Source: Candidatus Krumholzibacteriota bacterium (lineage in GTDB: Bacteria > Krumholzibacteriota > Krumholzibacteriia > JAJRXK01). From it: DNA of 64,000 nt. The stretch spans positions 544,001-608,000 of the forward strand of contig CAVXTH010000009.1 in NCBI GenBank assembly GCA_963764625.1. Direction: 5' to 3'. The translations under genes and the position numbers were made by a program. Shown one piece after another: positions 28,805-38,395 of this stretch (its first letter is position 1; every line of letters starts with the position of its first letter). The notes beneath the pieces were generated by a model. It did not search any database, was not told the DNA's origin, and saw nothing but the letters and a program-made list of their open reading frames with translations.

Positions 28805-29164
28805 GTGGCCACCACGCCATCCAAAGAGCTCGAGACCTTCGCCAACCCCCGCCCCGGACGGCGCTACGAGATTCGCTTCGAGGCCCCTGAATTCACCTGC
28901 CTCTGCCCCCGCACCGGACAGCCCGATTTCGCCACCCTGCGCATCCGCTACTGCCCCGATCAACTCTGCGTCGAGTTGAAGTCGCTCAAGCTGTATCTCT
29001 GGAGCTACCGCAACGAAGGCGCGTTCCACGAAGAAGTGACCAACCGCATCCTGGACGATCTGGTGGCGGCACTCGATCCGCTTTCGATCGAAGTGGAGGG
29101 TGACTTCTACGTGCGCGGGGGGATCCACACCACGGTGGTGGCGCGTCACGAGAAACCAGCCTAG
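28805..29164 (+). CDS. queF: NADPH-dependent 7-cyano-7-deazaguanine reductase (preQ1 synthase, unimodular)
   Basis: [33 protein letters not shown]; GTG after AGGAGG. Confidence 0.96.
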   Translation: MATTPSKELETFANPRPGRRYEIRFEAPEFTCLCPRTGQPDFATLRIRYCPDQLCVELKSLKLYLWSYRNEGAFHEEVTNRILDDLVAALDPLSIEVEGDFYVRGGIHTTVVARHEKPA

Positions 29165-29288
29165 CGCCCGCTCTTCGGATTTTATTCGCCTTGCGTCCTC
29201 GACGAGCCCATCAAAAGCCGCTTGCCAGCGGATGCGGCGCCGGTTTAGGCTCGACACGGACATTCCTCTCGTAAGGAGGAGGCAAGAT

Positions 29289-29771
29289 ATGTCAGCCCTC
29301 GATCGGCCGACGCTTGCCCGTCGCGCCTTGCTGGATGCGATGCGGGTGAGCAATCTCTTCGACCGACGATGGGGCGCCCTAAGTCAGACCGCAGACATCA
29401 CCTCGGCGCAGTGGCTCACGCTCGGGTTGCTGGAGCGCGAGGAGCAGGTGGATGGATTGACGCCCACCGAGCTGTGCCGTCGCCTCTGTGTCAGCAAACA
29501 GAACATGACGGGAATGATTCTGCGTCTGGAGAAAAAAGGTCTCATTGAACGCCGCCCGGATCCTCATGATCGACGTTCGTTTCGGGTGCGGGCTACGCCC
29601 GCCGGGTCCCAGGCGATCCAGAGATTGGTGCCCTTCGAAAGTGAGTTCTTTCTGAGACAGGTGGAGAGTCTCTCCGACGAGACACTGCTCGAACTGTCCC
29701 AGGGACTCCGATTGGTTTTGCAGAAACTGCAGAGCGAAGAGTTGGACGCGAAGCGAGCAGTCTCTTCCTGA
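29289..29771 (+). CDS. MarR family transcriptional regulator
   Basis: ITSAQW, LEKKGLIER, DRRSF; AAGGAGG RBS. Confidence 0.92.
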   Translation: MSALDRPTLARRALLDAMRVSNLFDRRWGALSQTADITSAQWLTLGLLEREEQVDGLTPTELCRRLCVSKQNMTGMILRLEKKGLIERRPDPHDRRSFRVRATPAGSQAIQRLVPFESEFFLRQVESLSDETLLELSQGLRLVLQKLQSEELDAKRAVSS

Positions 29772-29854
29772 ACCGGAAGGGCTGCTCGCCTCATTCCTCA
29801 CTCAGCACAAGTCGGCGATACGTGCGGCCCGTACGGATGGCGTCGACTGCCAAC

Positions 29855-30976
29855 TCAGCTTTCGCCGCTCACCACCGCCGCGAACCGTTCCCAAGAATAG
29901 CGCCCCCGCGCTTTGACGACCTGCGCCTCGCATGCAGGACCCAGGGACTCCGCGAAGAAGCGGATCAATGCGCCGGCCAACGCCTCGGGATCGGCCGGGG
30001 GTACGAGGAAGCCGGTCCTTCCCTCGTCGATCACCTCCGCCAGACCTCCGACCCTCGTGGTGATCACGGGACGCCCCATGTGATACGCCACTGGGATGAT
30101 GCCGCTCTGGGTGGCGTGATGATAGGGAAGGACGACGACGTCGGCGGCGGAGAAATAGGGAGCGACCTCGTCGTTCGGTACGTAGCGCGAGACAAAACGC
30201 ACGCAGTCGTCCAGACCCAGCTCATGCGTGAACGCGCGCGTGCTCGCTTCAGCTCCGTAGAACTCGCCGACCACCAGAAGACGCGCGCGGGGCCGCGCGG
30301 CTCGAATCTGCGGCATGGCCCGCAGCAGAGTCTCCAAACCCTTGTAGGGACGGATGAAACCGAAGAAGAGCATGAGCTCGCTGTCAGAGGGAAGCTCGAG
30401 CTGACTCCTCGCCTGCTGCCGATCGATGACCTCGCCGAACTGTCCGTAGAGAGGATGGGGGGCGAGATCCACCCTCACGTCAGGGCGGATGCGAAGGAGA
30501 TCTTCCCGCACCGCCTTCGCCATCACCACGAAGCGGTCGACTCGCGCGAAGAACCAGCGCGTGAACAGGGTGTCCAGAGGCCGCCGTTCGTGGGGGACGA
30601 CGTTGTCGGCGATCACCACCGACTCGGGCTTTCCGTGGTGGATCGACCCCCGCAGAATCGATCCGAAACAGGGAGCGAAGAAGGGCATCCAGTAGCGGAA
30701 GACGAGCAAGTCGGGCTCGAGCTCCCGGACACGCCGAGCCGTCTTATACCAACTCCAGGGGCCGATGGAGTCGATGATCGCTTCGGCTCCCACGTCGAGG
30801 GAAGCCTCGGCGGGGTGCTTTTGGGCTTTTCCCGGAAAGAGCAACTCCGGATACTGACGCGTGAAGCTCAGGACCGAAAGTTCGTGGCTTTTGGCGAGTT
30901 CACGCGCCAAGAGATCGTTGAAATGGGCGATGCCACCGCGCCAGGGGCTGGCCGGTCCCACCAAGACGATACGCAT
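29855..30976 (-). CDS. Glycosyltransferase family 4
   Basis: GPASPWRGGIA, FFGFIRPYKG, LPYHHATQSG, VGGLAEV. Confidence 0.93.
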   Translation of the reverse strand: MRIVLVGPASPWRGGIAHFNDLLARELAKSHELSVLSFTRQYPELLFPGKAQKHPAEASLDVGAEAIIDSIGPWSWYKTARRVRELEPDLLVFRYWMPFFAPCFGSILRGSIHHGKPESVVIADNVVPHERRPLDTLFTRWFFARVDRFVVMAKAVREDLLRIRPDVRVDLAPHPLYGQFGEVIDRQQARSQLELPSDSELMLFFGFIRPYKGLETLLRAMPQIRAARPRARLLVVGEFYGAEASTRAFTHELGLDDCVRFVSRYVPNDEVAPYFSAADVVVLPYHHATQSGIIPVAYHMGRPVITTRVGGLAEVIDEGRTGFLVPPADPEALAGALIRFFAESLGPACEAQVVKARGRYSWERFAAVVSGES

Positions 30977-31041
30977 GGAGTCCTTTCGAGCGCGAAGTAG
31001 GTAGGAGCGCACGGCAAGTATTGTCTGCTATACTCGATGCG

Positions 31042-33078
31042 ATGAATAGAGCAGATCTGATTCTGGGCTCCCTGCTCGTGTATTCGCTCGCGACGGCGTT
31101 ACATTTGAGCCTCGCGGCATTGATTTTCGCACGCCGTCCACGCGGGACGGAAGTCAAGATCTTCGCGGCGGCCAATCTCGTCCTGGCCGCCTGGCACCTC
31201 CTGCAACTCTTCGAGTACTCGATGGCCTTGGCTCCCGAAGGGCTCCCGCCGGGTGGTGTCCTTTGGCTCACGCGTCTGCAGTTGATGTTGCAACTTCTGG
31301 TGCTCACGATCTTCTTCCAACTCTTCGCCAACTTTCAACGATTGTACCGCCGGCCACCTCCCAGTCTGCGCGCCGCCATCATCACGCACGTGCAACGCTG
31401 GCGACGATTCTACGTCGTGGCGGCCTGGTGGGTGTTGGTCCTCGCGTTGGCCTATTACGCGGGCGGACAGGGAAAGCTCCACGCACAAGTGGGGGAGTGG
31501 CGCGCCCTCCTGGGACCGCTCTCGGCGTATCTCTTCGCCGGTTCGCTGGTCTTCCTCATCCTCGTTCTCTTCCCCGCGCGTCCGGGGCAGGAGAGAGTGG
31601 GAATCGCGAACCTCGGACGCGGGATGATGCTGCTCGGTCTGCTTCTCTGCGTGTTTTTCGTCGCCCTCTGGCACGATTCCCATCCGGCGAGAATTCGACT
31701 CGCCGTCCTGCCGATCCTGCACATTCAAAGCGTTTCATTCGTGGTGTTCTTCGGTCTCGTGCGCTACGAATTCTCGTTCATGGACCGCTACATCCGGGAC
31801 GGAATCCGGCTGCTGCTGTGGACCGGCTTGTCTCTGATCGTCCTCTTCATCTTCAACCGAATCCACTTCGATGCGCCGAGCTGGGGACGCTACGCGACGA
31901 GTCTTTGCCGTCTGGCCGTGCTGGGACTGGCCATCGCGGTGGGCCCCGCCCTCGACCGAGCCCTCCGTCCTTGGATGGATCGCGTGCTCTTCGATCGCGA
32001 CGTCGATCTGAGACGGGGCGTGCATCGCTTCTCGCAGAGATTGAGTCGCTCGCGTTCTCTGGCCGAGCTGGAGCGCGGCGCTCTCCTGGATATTCAGGAA
32101 GGGGTCCATCCCAAGTCTCTTCGCCTTCTCCTGGGAGACACCCCGCGGAACCGGCAATGGGCGGAGAGCCTCAAGGACGAAGAGCATTCCTATCGTCTGC
32201 GGATTCCCCTGGTGGCCGCGGGGCGTTCCCTCGGCTGGTTGCTGCTGGGAGAGCGGCGGAACTGCTACCCGTGGTTCGACGCCGAGCGGCGCTATCTCGA
32301 AGTCGTGTCCGAACTGTTGGGGAGCGCACTGGATGCGATGGGAGCCGGTGAATTCGATTCCAAGAGCGGCGCGGCGGTGCGGGCCAGGGCACACGACATC
32401 GCCAGTGAAGCGGAAGAACTACGCGGAGAGCTGGCGGTGGTCCGTCGCGAACTCTCCGCCGCGCGCCGCGAACTCGTCGCGATGCGGGAGCGTCTCGATC
32501 CGGAACTGGTGGAGTCGATCCTGAGAATCTGCGCCGAAGTCGGCGAGCGGGATCCGGGGGCGGCGATCGGAATCCTCAAATCATTGCGGCGGGTCTATGC
32601 CTACATTTTGGAGCAGGATGGGAGTGGAGTTCGGCTGAGCGAAGAGATCGCATTTGCCCAGGATCTTCTCGCCCTGGAAAAGTTGCGCCTGCGCAATCGA
32701 CTCGAGGTGGGACTCAGCCTCGACCCCGCGTTGAACGAGCAGTTGGTTCCACGCCGGGTTCTGCAACCGCTCATCGACAACGCGCTCATCCATGGGCTCT
32801 CGCGCGAGTTGCACACGGGAAGGATCCGGGTGAACGCGGCGGCACAGGGCGGGCGCTGTTCGCTTACCGTCGAAGACAACGGCCGCGGATTCCTGGGTGA
32901 TCTGCACCAGGATGCTCTACGCGGGGAGGGAGGCCTGTCGCGGGTTCTCAGGGCCGCGCAAGAGCTCTACGGGGACGAGGTCATTCTTCGCCTCGACAAA
33001 CCGGAGGAAGCGGGCACACGAGTGTGCTTGAGCCTCCCCCGACGGGCAAAGGAACACCGCCGCGACCCGGATGCCTGA
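31042..33078 (+). CDS. Membrane LytS-type sensor kinase-like protein (multi-TM, GAF-like, HATPase) lacking the phospho-His
   Basis: VRLSEEI, LEKLRL, LQPLIDNALIHG and VEDNGRG are LytS-type motifs; the H-box reads LDPELV instead of INPHFL. Confidence 0.8.
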   Translation: MNRADLILGSLLVYSLATALHLSLAALIFARRPRGTEVKIFAAANLVLAAWHLLQLFEYSMALAPEGLPPGGVLWLTRLQLMLQLLVLTIFFQLFANFQRLYRRPPPSLRAAIITHVQRWRRFYVVAAWWVLVLALAYYAGGQGKLHAQVGEWRALLGPLSAYLFAGSLVFLILVLFPARPGQERVGIANLGRGMMLLGLLLCVFFVALWHDSHPARIRLAVLPILHIQSVSFVVFFGLVRYEFSFMDRYIRDGIRLLLWTGLSLIVLFIFNRIHFDAPSWGRYATSLCRLAVLGLAIAVGPALDRALRPWMDRVLFDRDVDLRRGVHRFSQRLSRSRSLAELERGALLDIQEGVHPKSLRLLLGDTPRNRQWAESLKDEEHSYRLRIPLVAAGRSLGWLLLGERRNCYPWFDAERRYLEVVSELLGSALDAMGAGEFDSKSGAAVRARAHDIASEAEELRGELAVVRRELSAARRELVAMRERLDPELVESILRICAEVGERDPGAAIGILKSLRRVYAYILEQDGSGVRLSEEIAFAQDLLALEKLRLRNRLEVGLSLDPALNEQLVPRRVLQPLIDNALIHGLSRELHTGRIRVNAAAQGGRCSLTVEDNGRGFLGDLHQDALRGEGGLSRVLRAAQELYGDEVILRLDKPEEAGTRVCLSLPRRAKEHRRDPDA

Positions 33079-33080
33079 GT

Positions 33081-33788
33081 TCACTGGTGGAGGTACTTGT
33101 AGCCGCGCTCGCCCGCCCGAATCGCGGCCTTCAAGCGATTGCTCTGCGGTGTGATGGGGCAGGACCAATCCCCTCCGTAGGCGCAGTAGGGGTTGTAGGC
33201 CAGGTTGAAGTCGAGGCGGTAGCGCTCCTGTCCCAGATCCTGGAGCTCGAGATAACGGCCGGCCGGATAGGTCTCCTCGCCGCTGGTGGCGTCGAGGAAA
33301 GGTAGGAAGAGCGAGTCACTCTGCAGCATGTGGAAGACCGTGAGCTTCTCCGGACCCGCCCCGAGATCGACGAGAAAATAGCCGATCTCCTCGGCCTCGC
33401 GCGTTTCGCCTCCGGTGTCGGGGATCTTGAGGGGGATGGGTTTCAGACGGCGGACGAGGCGTCCCTCGAGCACGTAGCTCGGTTTGACCGGATAGAACTC
33501 GAGCCCCTTCCAGCCGGGAAGGTCTTCCTTGGCCACCGGGCTCGTCTTGGGATCGTGGTAGAGCGAGTCACGCTCGCTGCGAGCATTTTCGACCGCTTTC
33601 GTGTAGGCGATCGGGTCTTTCAGATGTGCGGCTTGGCAGAGACGCTGATCCCGCCCCTTTCCGCAGGCGAGCCCTCCTGAGAGAATCGCCGCGGCCGTGC
33701 CCGCGGCCAGGACGAGCCCGCGGACGAGAATCGCTCGCGCCGCCGATCGGTGCCGGACCTCGCTCACATCTTGCCTGAATTGCATCAT
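33081..33788 (-). CDS. DUF1684 domain-containing protein
   Basis: LFLPFLDATSGEETYPAGRYL, LDFNLAYNPYCAY, SCP, IRAGE. Confidence 0.92.
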   Translation of the reverse strand: MMQFRQDVSEVRHRSAARAILVRGLVLAAGTAAAILSGGLACGKGRDQRLCQAAHLKDPIAYTKAVENARSERDSLYHDPKTSPVAKEDLPGWKGLEFYPVKPSYVLEGRLVRRLKPIPLKIPDTGGETREAEEIGYFLVDLGAGPEKLTVFHMLQSDSLFLPFLDATSGEETYPAGRYLELQDLGQERYRLDFNLAYNPYCAYGGDWSCPITPQSNRLKAAIRAGERGYKYLHQ

Positions 33789-33839
33789 GTCTCTAGCCTA
33801 GCCAAGGCCTTGGAATTCGTCCATCTCTCGAGGTGTCAG

Positions 33840-36263
33840 GTGTCGCCACCAGAAACCGTCATCGTCGTGCTCAACTGGAACGGCCTCCAGGATACCCTCG
33901 CCTGCCTGAAGAGCTTGAGCGCGCTTCAGGGAGAGGAACACGAAATCCTCGTGGTCGACAACGGCAGCACCGACGGCAGTGAGGAGGCGATCCGGGCCGC
34001 GTATCCCGATCTCGCCTTCGTTCAGACCGGAGCCAATTTGGGATTCGCCGGGGGCAACAACGCCGGGATGCGCTGGGCCCTGAAGCGCGGCGCGCGCTTC
34101 GTTCTGCTCTTGAACAACGATACCGTTGTGGAGCCGGATTTCCTGCGGCACATGATCGCGAGGGCGAAGGGCGACTCCAAGGTGGGAATCGTGGGGGCCA
34201 GTATCGCGTACTTCGACACCCCGACTCGGCTGTGGGCCTTCGGAGGAGGGCGCTTCGACATTTCCAGCGCGTGGGTGCGGCACGTTCAGACGGCCCTGTC
34301 CGAGGACGAACTGAAGACACGCGGGAATCTCCATTTCTACGTCACTGGTTGCGCGATGCTGCTTTCCCGCGCGCTCCTTCAGGAAGTCGGTGAACTCGAA
34401 TCCTCCTACTTTCATTTTTGTGAGGACGTCGATTTCTGTCTTCGCGCTGAGAGGGCTGGTTACCGCATCGTGGTGGCAAGGGAGGCACGGTTGCTCCACA
34501 AGGTATCCGCCACCACTCGCGTTTCTTCACCGTTGTTTCTGTACTACAACCTCAGAAGCCGACTGACTCTGGTGCGTCGTTTCGGTCCCGTGGGGGCACC
34601 CAGCTTCAGGGCCGTATGCACCTTGTGGCTGCGTCTTTGGCGGCCCGCGATTCTAAGCGGCATGGCCTGGTCCGGCTTCAAGGCGCTGCTTCGCGCCTAT
34701 CGCGATTATCGGGAGGGACGCGTCGGCCCCGCCCCCACCGAACTTCTGACGCGCCGCAGCCATGGCTCGGCCACGGCGCTCCTGCTCGCGGTTCTCGTTC
34801 TGAGCGGCCTCACGCTCGCGCCATCGGGGTCCACCGTCGTCAGCGCGGCGGAGAGCGCCGCACCGAAACCGCTCGAGAGCGAGAGCAAGGTGCTCTCCTC
34901 TCTGAGTGCGGGAATCAGCTCCGATCCCGCACGGGGTTTGCCCGGATTGCTCTACGACATGGCCGCTGATTCGAGCGTCTCACGCGCGGTGCTCGCCCAG
35001 GCAGATCGTCGCCACTGCCGTCTCACGCATCAGCTCATCACCCTCTTGAACGAAAGCGACGCGCAAGCCCGCAAGCGGATTCGCGGGCTCTACGAAGTCC
35101 ACGATCACGGGCCTCGCCCCTCAGAACGGCCTCCCGCCTGGAGCGACCTTCGCCGACAGGGCGTCGAAGTTCTCGCGAAGATTGCTCTCAGCCCCGAGGT
35201 GGGGCGCGACGCGCGGATGAGACGCGAGATTGCTCACGACGAACTCTCGCAGAGCCCGGGATTCGCGCGCGCCGCGGTCGTGGCGGCGCGGGTGCTGCTC
35301 TGGGATGAGTGGTGGGCCGACCGCGGTCTCCAAGAGGAGTTCTGGTTTCATCCGCAGGAGCGTCCCGATCCCACGGACTGGCTGCATGCGCTCCGGAGTC
35401 CCCCGGGAGAGGACGTGCACCCGGTTGGGGAGCTTCTGGAGAGGCTCGCCGATGACCCACTCGCCTTCCACGCGCTTCTGGCCGCCCTCGATCCCGGTCG
35501 CGACGGTCTATTGGTGCGCGAGTGCGTGAACCTCCTCATGCTGTACCAGAGCGATTTCGAAGAGCGGGGTTTGCCGCACCGTCACTGGGACGCGGACCAG
35601 GGAAAGATGGTGGGCCACCGCGCGGAAGAACTTCGTGCCATTCCCTTGGCCATTCTTGGCCGCGTGTGTTCCTTCACGCCGAGCGGAGCCACCGAAGACG
35701 AGGTCATCAAAAGCTACGCCTACTTCTGGAGGTCGGCGCGGTTTCAGGCCCGCTACTGGCGGGATCCCCTGGCCGCTCCCAGTCTTGCGCCGTGGTTGGG
35801 TGGACTCGATCGCCCGGTCGACGAGGGGGGGCAGCCCCTGGCTCAGTTTCTCAAGCAGCTCTACGTCGCCGAGGGATTCCGCGACCTACTCCTCGACCAG
35901 ATCGGACCCGGTCAATCCAAGCTGGTGGCGGAATTGATCGAGTGGCTGGCGATCGACCGGAAGGAAGCCATCGCCAGAGGATTCGCGCCCGGCTATCGGC
36001 GGCTCCCGCTCCGGCCTCTCCCCGGGGACAAGGGTGCGTTCGTGGCGATTCCCTGGGAACCCATGCAGGCTCTCATTCGCGAGGTCCTTCGCCACATCAC
36101 GGGCCAGGCTGGCTTGGGGGAGGAAGATGCCACCAGCGTTGCCAAGAACGCCTATTGGACGGATTGGTGGCAGCTCCACTCTAGCCAATCGCGTTGGTAC
36201 CGGTCCGCCCCACCAAAAGAGAAGCCACCCACCTTTCAGATGGAAAGTGGGCGCCGAAAGTGA
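33840..36263 (+). CDS. Glycosyltransferase family 2 (to ~34749) read in frame with a secreted/TM three-repeat protein (from ~34746); probably two genes
   Basis: VLNWNG, VVDNGSTD, NLGFAGGNN, LLNND, EDVD, then a signal-peptide-like segment and a repetitive helical domain. Confidence 0.8.
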   Translation: MSPPETVIVVLNWNGLQDTLACLKSLSALQGEEHEILVVDNGSTDGSEEAIRAAYPDLAFVQTGANLGFAGGNNAGMRWALKRGARFVLLLNNDTVVEPDFLRHMIARAKGDSKVGIVGASIAYFDTPTRLWAFGGGRFDISSAWVRHVQTALSEDELKTRGNLHFYVTGCAMLLSRALLQEVGELESSYFHFCEDVDFCLRAERAGYRIVVAREARLLHKVSATTRVSSPLFLYYNLRSRLTLVRRFGPVGAPSFRAVCTLWLRLWRPAILSGMAWSGFKALLRAYRDYREGRVGPAPTELLTRRSHGSATALLLAVLVLSGLTLAPSGSTVVSAAESAAPKPLESESKVLSSLSAGISSDPARGLPGLLYDMAADSSVSRAVLAQADRRHCRLTHQLITLLNESDAQARKRIRGLYEVHDHGPRPSERPPAWSDLRRQGVEVLAKIALSPEVGRDARMRREIAHDELSQSPGFARAAVVAARVLLWDEWWADRGLQEEFWFHPQERPDPTDWLHALRSPPGEDVHPVGELLERLADDPLAFHALLAALDPGRDGLLVRECVNLLMLYQSDFEERGLPHRHWDADQGKMVGHRAEELRAIPLAILGRVCSFTPSGATEDEVIKSYAYFWRSARFQARYWRDPLAAPSLAPWLGGLDRPVDEGGQPLAQFLKQLYVAEGFRDLLLDQIGPGQSKLVAELIEWLAIDRKEAIARGFAPGYRRLPLRPLPGDKGAFVAIPWEPMQALIREVLRHITGQAGLGEEDATSVAKNAYWTDWWQLHSSQSRWYRSAPPKEKPPTFQMESGRRK

Positions 36264-36273
36264 AGCTGAGCCG

Positions 36274-38395
36274 GTGAAGCCCACGGGACGAGACCTCACG
36301 CGGCGCGCGCTATCGCTGCTGCTCGTGCTGGGCGGTTTCTCGGGCTGCATGGGCCCCACTGGTCTTTTGTCCACCCCCCGCGCTCCTTCGCGCAAGATTT
36401 TGCAATCGCCGCAGATCGAAAGTGCAGCCGAGCAGATCTTCCACGCAGAACACGAGGCGGTCGTCGCCCGTACGGCGCCGGATGCGAGACAGCAGTGGCT
36501 GATTCCCCCCGCGGTGAGCGGCAACGGAAACTGGGAGGCCTCGGCGCTCTGTTTCGCTCTCGCTTCACGCAACGGTCGACTGCGTCCGTTGGAGCCTCCC
36601 GGACAGGTCGACACGGTTGCGGCCATCCAGGCGTGGCTCCGCGCGACTTCGTCTGAGGCAGTGGTATGGATGGTGGAGAGCAGCTGGGATGTATCGGCCC
36701 GAACTCGATCTGGTGGTCTGCTCCGCCAGCCGGAGTTGGCGGAGCGAGAGTTTCACGATCGAGGTGGCGAAGGAACTCCGTTTCGCATGGCCGCTGGATC
36801 CCCACGAGAATCCGCCCCTGGCCACTCTGAGCGTGGGCGCCGCGCGGTCGCTGCTCCAGGATGGAAGCGAAGTCTATCTTCGCGATCGCGAAGGATCCCG
36901 GCGGGTCGAGTGGAATCGCCGCTCGTCACAACTGAAGCTGGGAAAGCTAAGGCCTTCCGGTACGCCGAGAGAAAACCGCTTTCCCTCCGCTCGCAGTCCG
37001 GCGCAGGACTCCACGCCACCGCTTCTGATCATGCGGCGTGACCTCCGCTTAGTTCTCAGTGACGTCGATCTTCCCGAGGGCGAGGGAGAATTCGAGCAAT
37101 GGTCTCTGAGTCGTGGAGGCGAAGGCATGGAATTGCCTCTCTCGCGCGCGAGTGAAACGCAGATCGTGAGCATCATGGCCTCGCCCGATTCCTGGAACGA
37201 ATCCAATACCTGGTTGGTGCTGCGCCGGAACCCTACCGGCGGTTCTGAATTGCAACTCTTCGCCGCCACGCTGCGAGAGCTTCCCGAGCCGCCTCCTCGA
37301 GGTCCCGCCCAACCGGAAGAGACCTTGCGCATCGCCTCCGATCTCACCTGGCCCTTGCTCCTGGATGGACTCGGCGAGGAGTTGTCGGTTACCCACGAGC
37401 TGCGCTGGAATCGAGCTTATCACGCGCCCAACTGGGAGGAGTTCGCGGAGTTCACGCCGCGCTTCGCGGGCCGCGCTACCCTTTCCTTCTGGACGCTCGA
37501 CTGGCGCTCGCTGGGAGATCTGCGGCTGCGTCATCTCGATCCCCCGATGCATGTCGTTCGCTTCAGCCCGCTGGCGAGGGAATTTCCCGTCTGGTCTGCT
37601 GCGGTCGCGAAGAAGCCGATGGTACTGGGGGACACCGCGCGATGGAGGATGGTGCCGGCGGCTGAGGTGTGGGGGATTGCCCGCCTGAGTCCCAGCATGC
37701 CCGAGGGTGAGCGGCGTGCCGCGGCCACCTGGTTGGGATCCCTGGGACCCTTCGAACTCTTCGGACTCGACCGGAACGACTTAGCGCCGAGGCTTCCCCT
37801 CAGCGGCAGAGAGCGGCCTCGCTTGGACGCCGAGGGCGGCTCGCTATCCGGGCTTGCGCTTGCATTCACTTTCACGGGCTGCCCCGGGATCGTCGACCGG
37901 CTTCCGGACGCCCTGCGCGGGGAATTGCAAGGGCGTCTGGGCTTCTTGGCTCGAGACCAGGGGGCCACTCTTTTGGCCGCGCGCGCAACTGCTCCCCAGA
38001 ACGCTCCCGGTTCGGGAACCGCACCGGCTCGGAATTGCGTGCTGGCCGGAGAGCATCGCATCGACTTCGGGAGGTTGGTGCTACCCAAGGGGACGAAGAG
38101 AGAGCGGGCCACCGCTCTTCTGCGGGCCTGCGGGCTGCTCGAAGAATGGCAGGCGGAAGCAGCTCGGCACGCACCGAACCCCGCGAGCCTGAGCGACGAC
38201 GCGTTGGCGGTGGAAATCGAGAATTGGCTGCTCCGGCAGAGTATTTTCGTGCCCCTGTGGAGCGAGGAAGGCCGGGTCTTCGTGGATCGCCGGGTGGCCG
38301 GTCTGCGCGTCGACTCGCAGGGAATCCTTCCCGATCTGAGCGAAGCCCATCTACTCCCTCAGGAGCAGGTGGAGCGCTTCGGCCTTCAGCCATGA
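36274..38395 (+). CDS. Lipoprotein with degenerate family-5 solute-binding protein features; +1 frameshift near 36685
   Basis: GTG 36274 and lipobox FSGC in ORF 36034..37041; continues in ORF 36617..38395, whose end (IFVPLW...VDRRVAGL...DLSEAHL) resembles SBP_bac_5 C-termini. ATGA-coupled to the kinase. Confidence 0.6.

Noticed and set aside
28805-29164. queF as part of a 7-deazaguanine DNA-modification (dpd) island
   Set aside because: No dpdA, tgt-like or other dpd genes nearby; consistent with ordinary queuosine synthesis.
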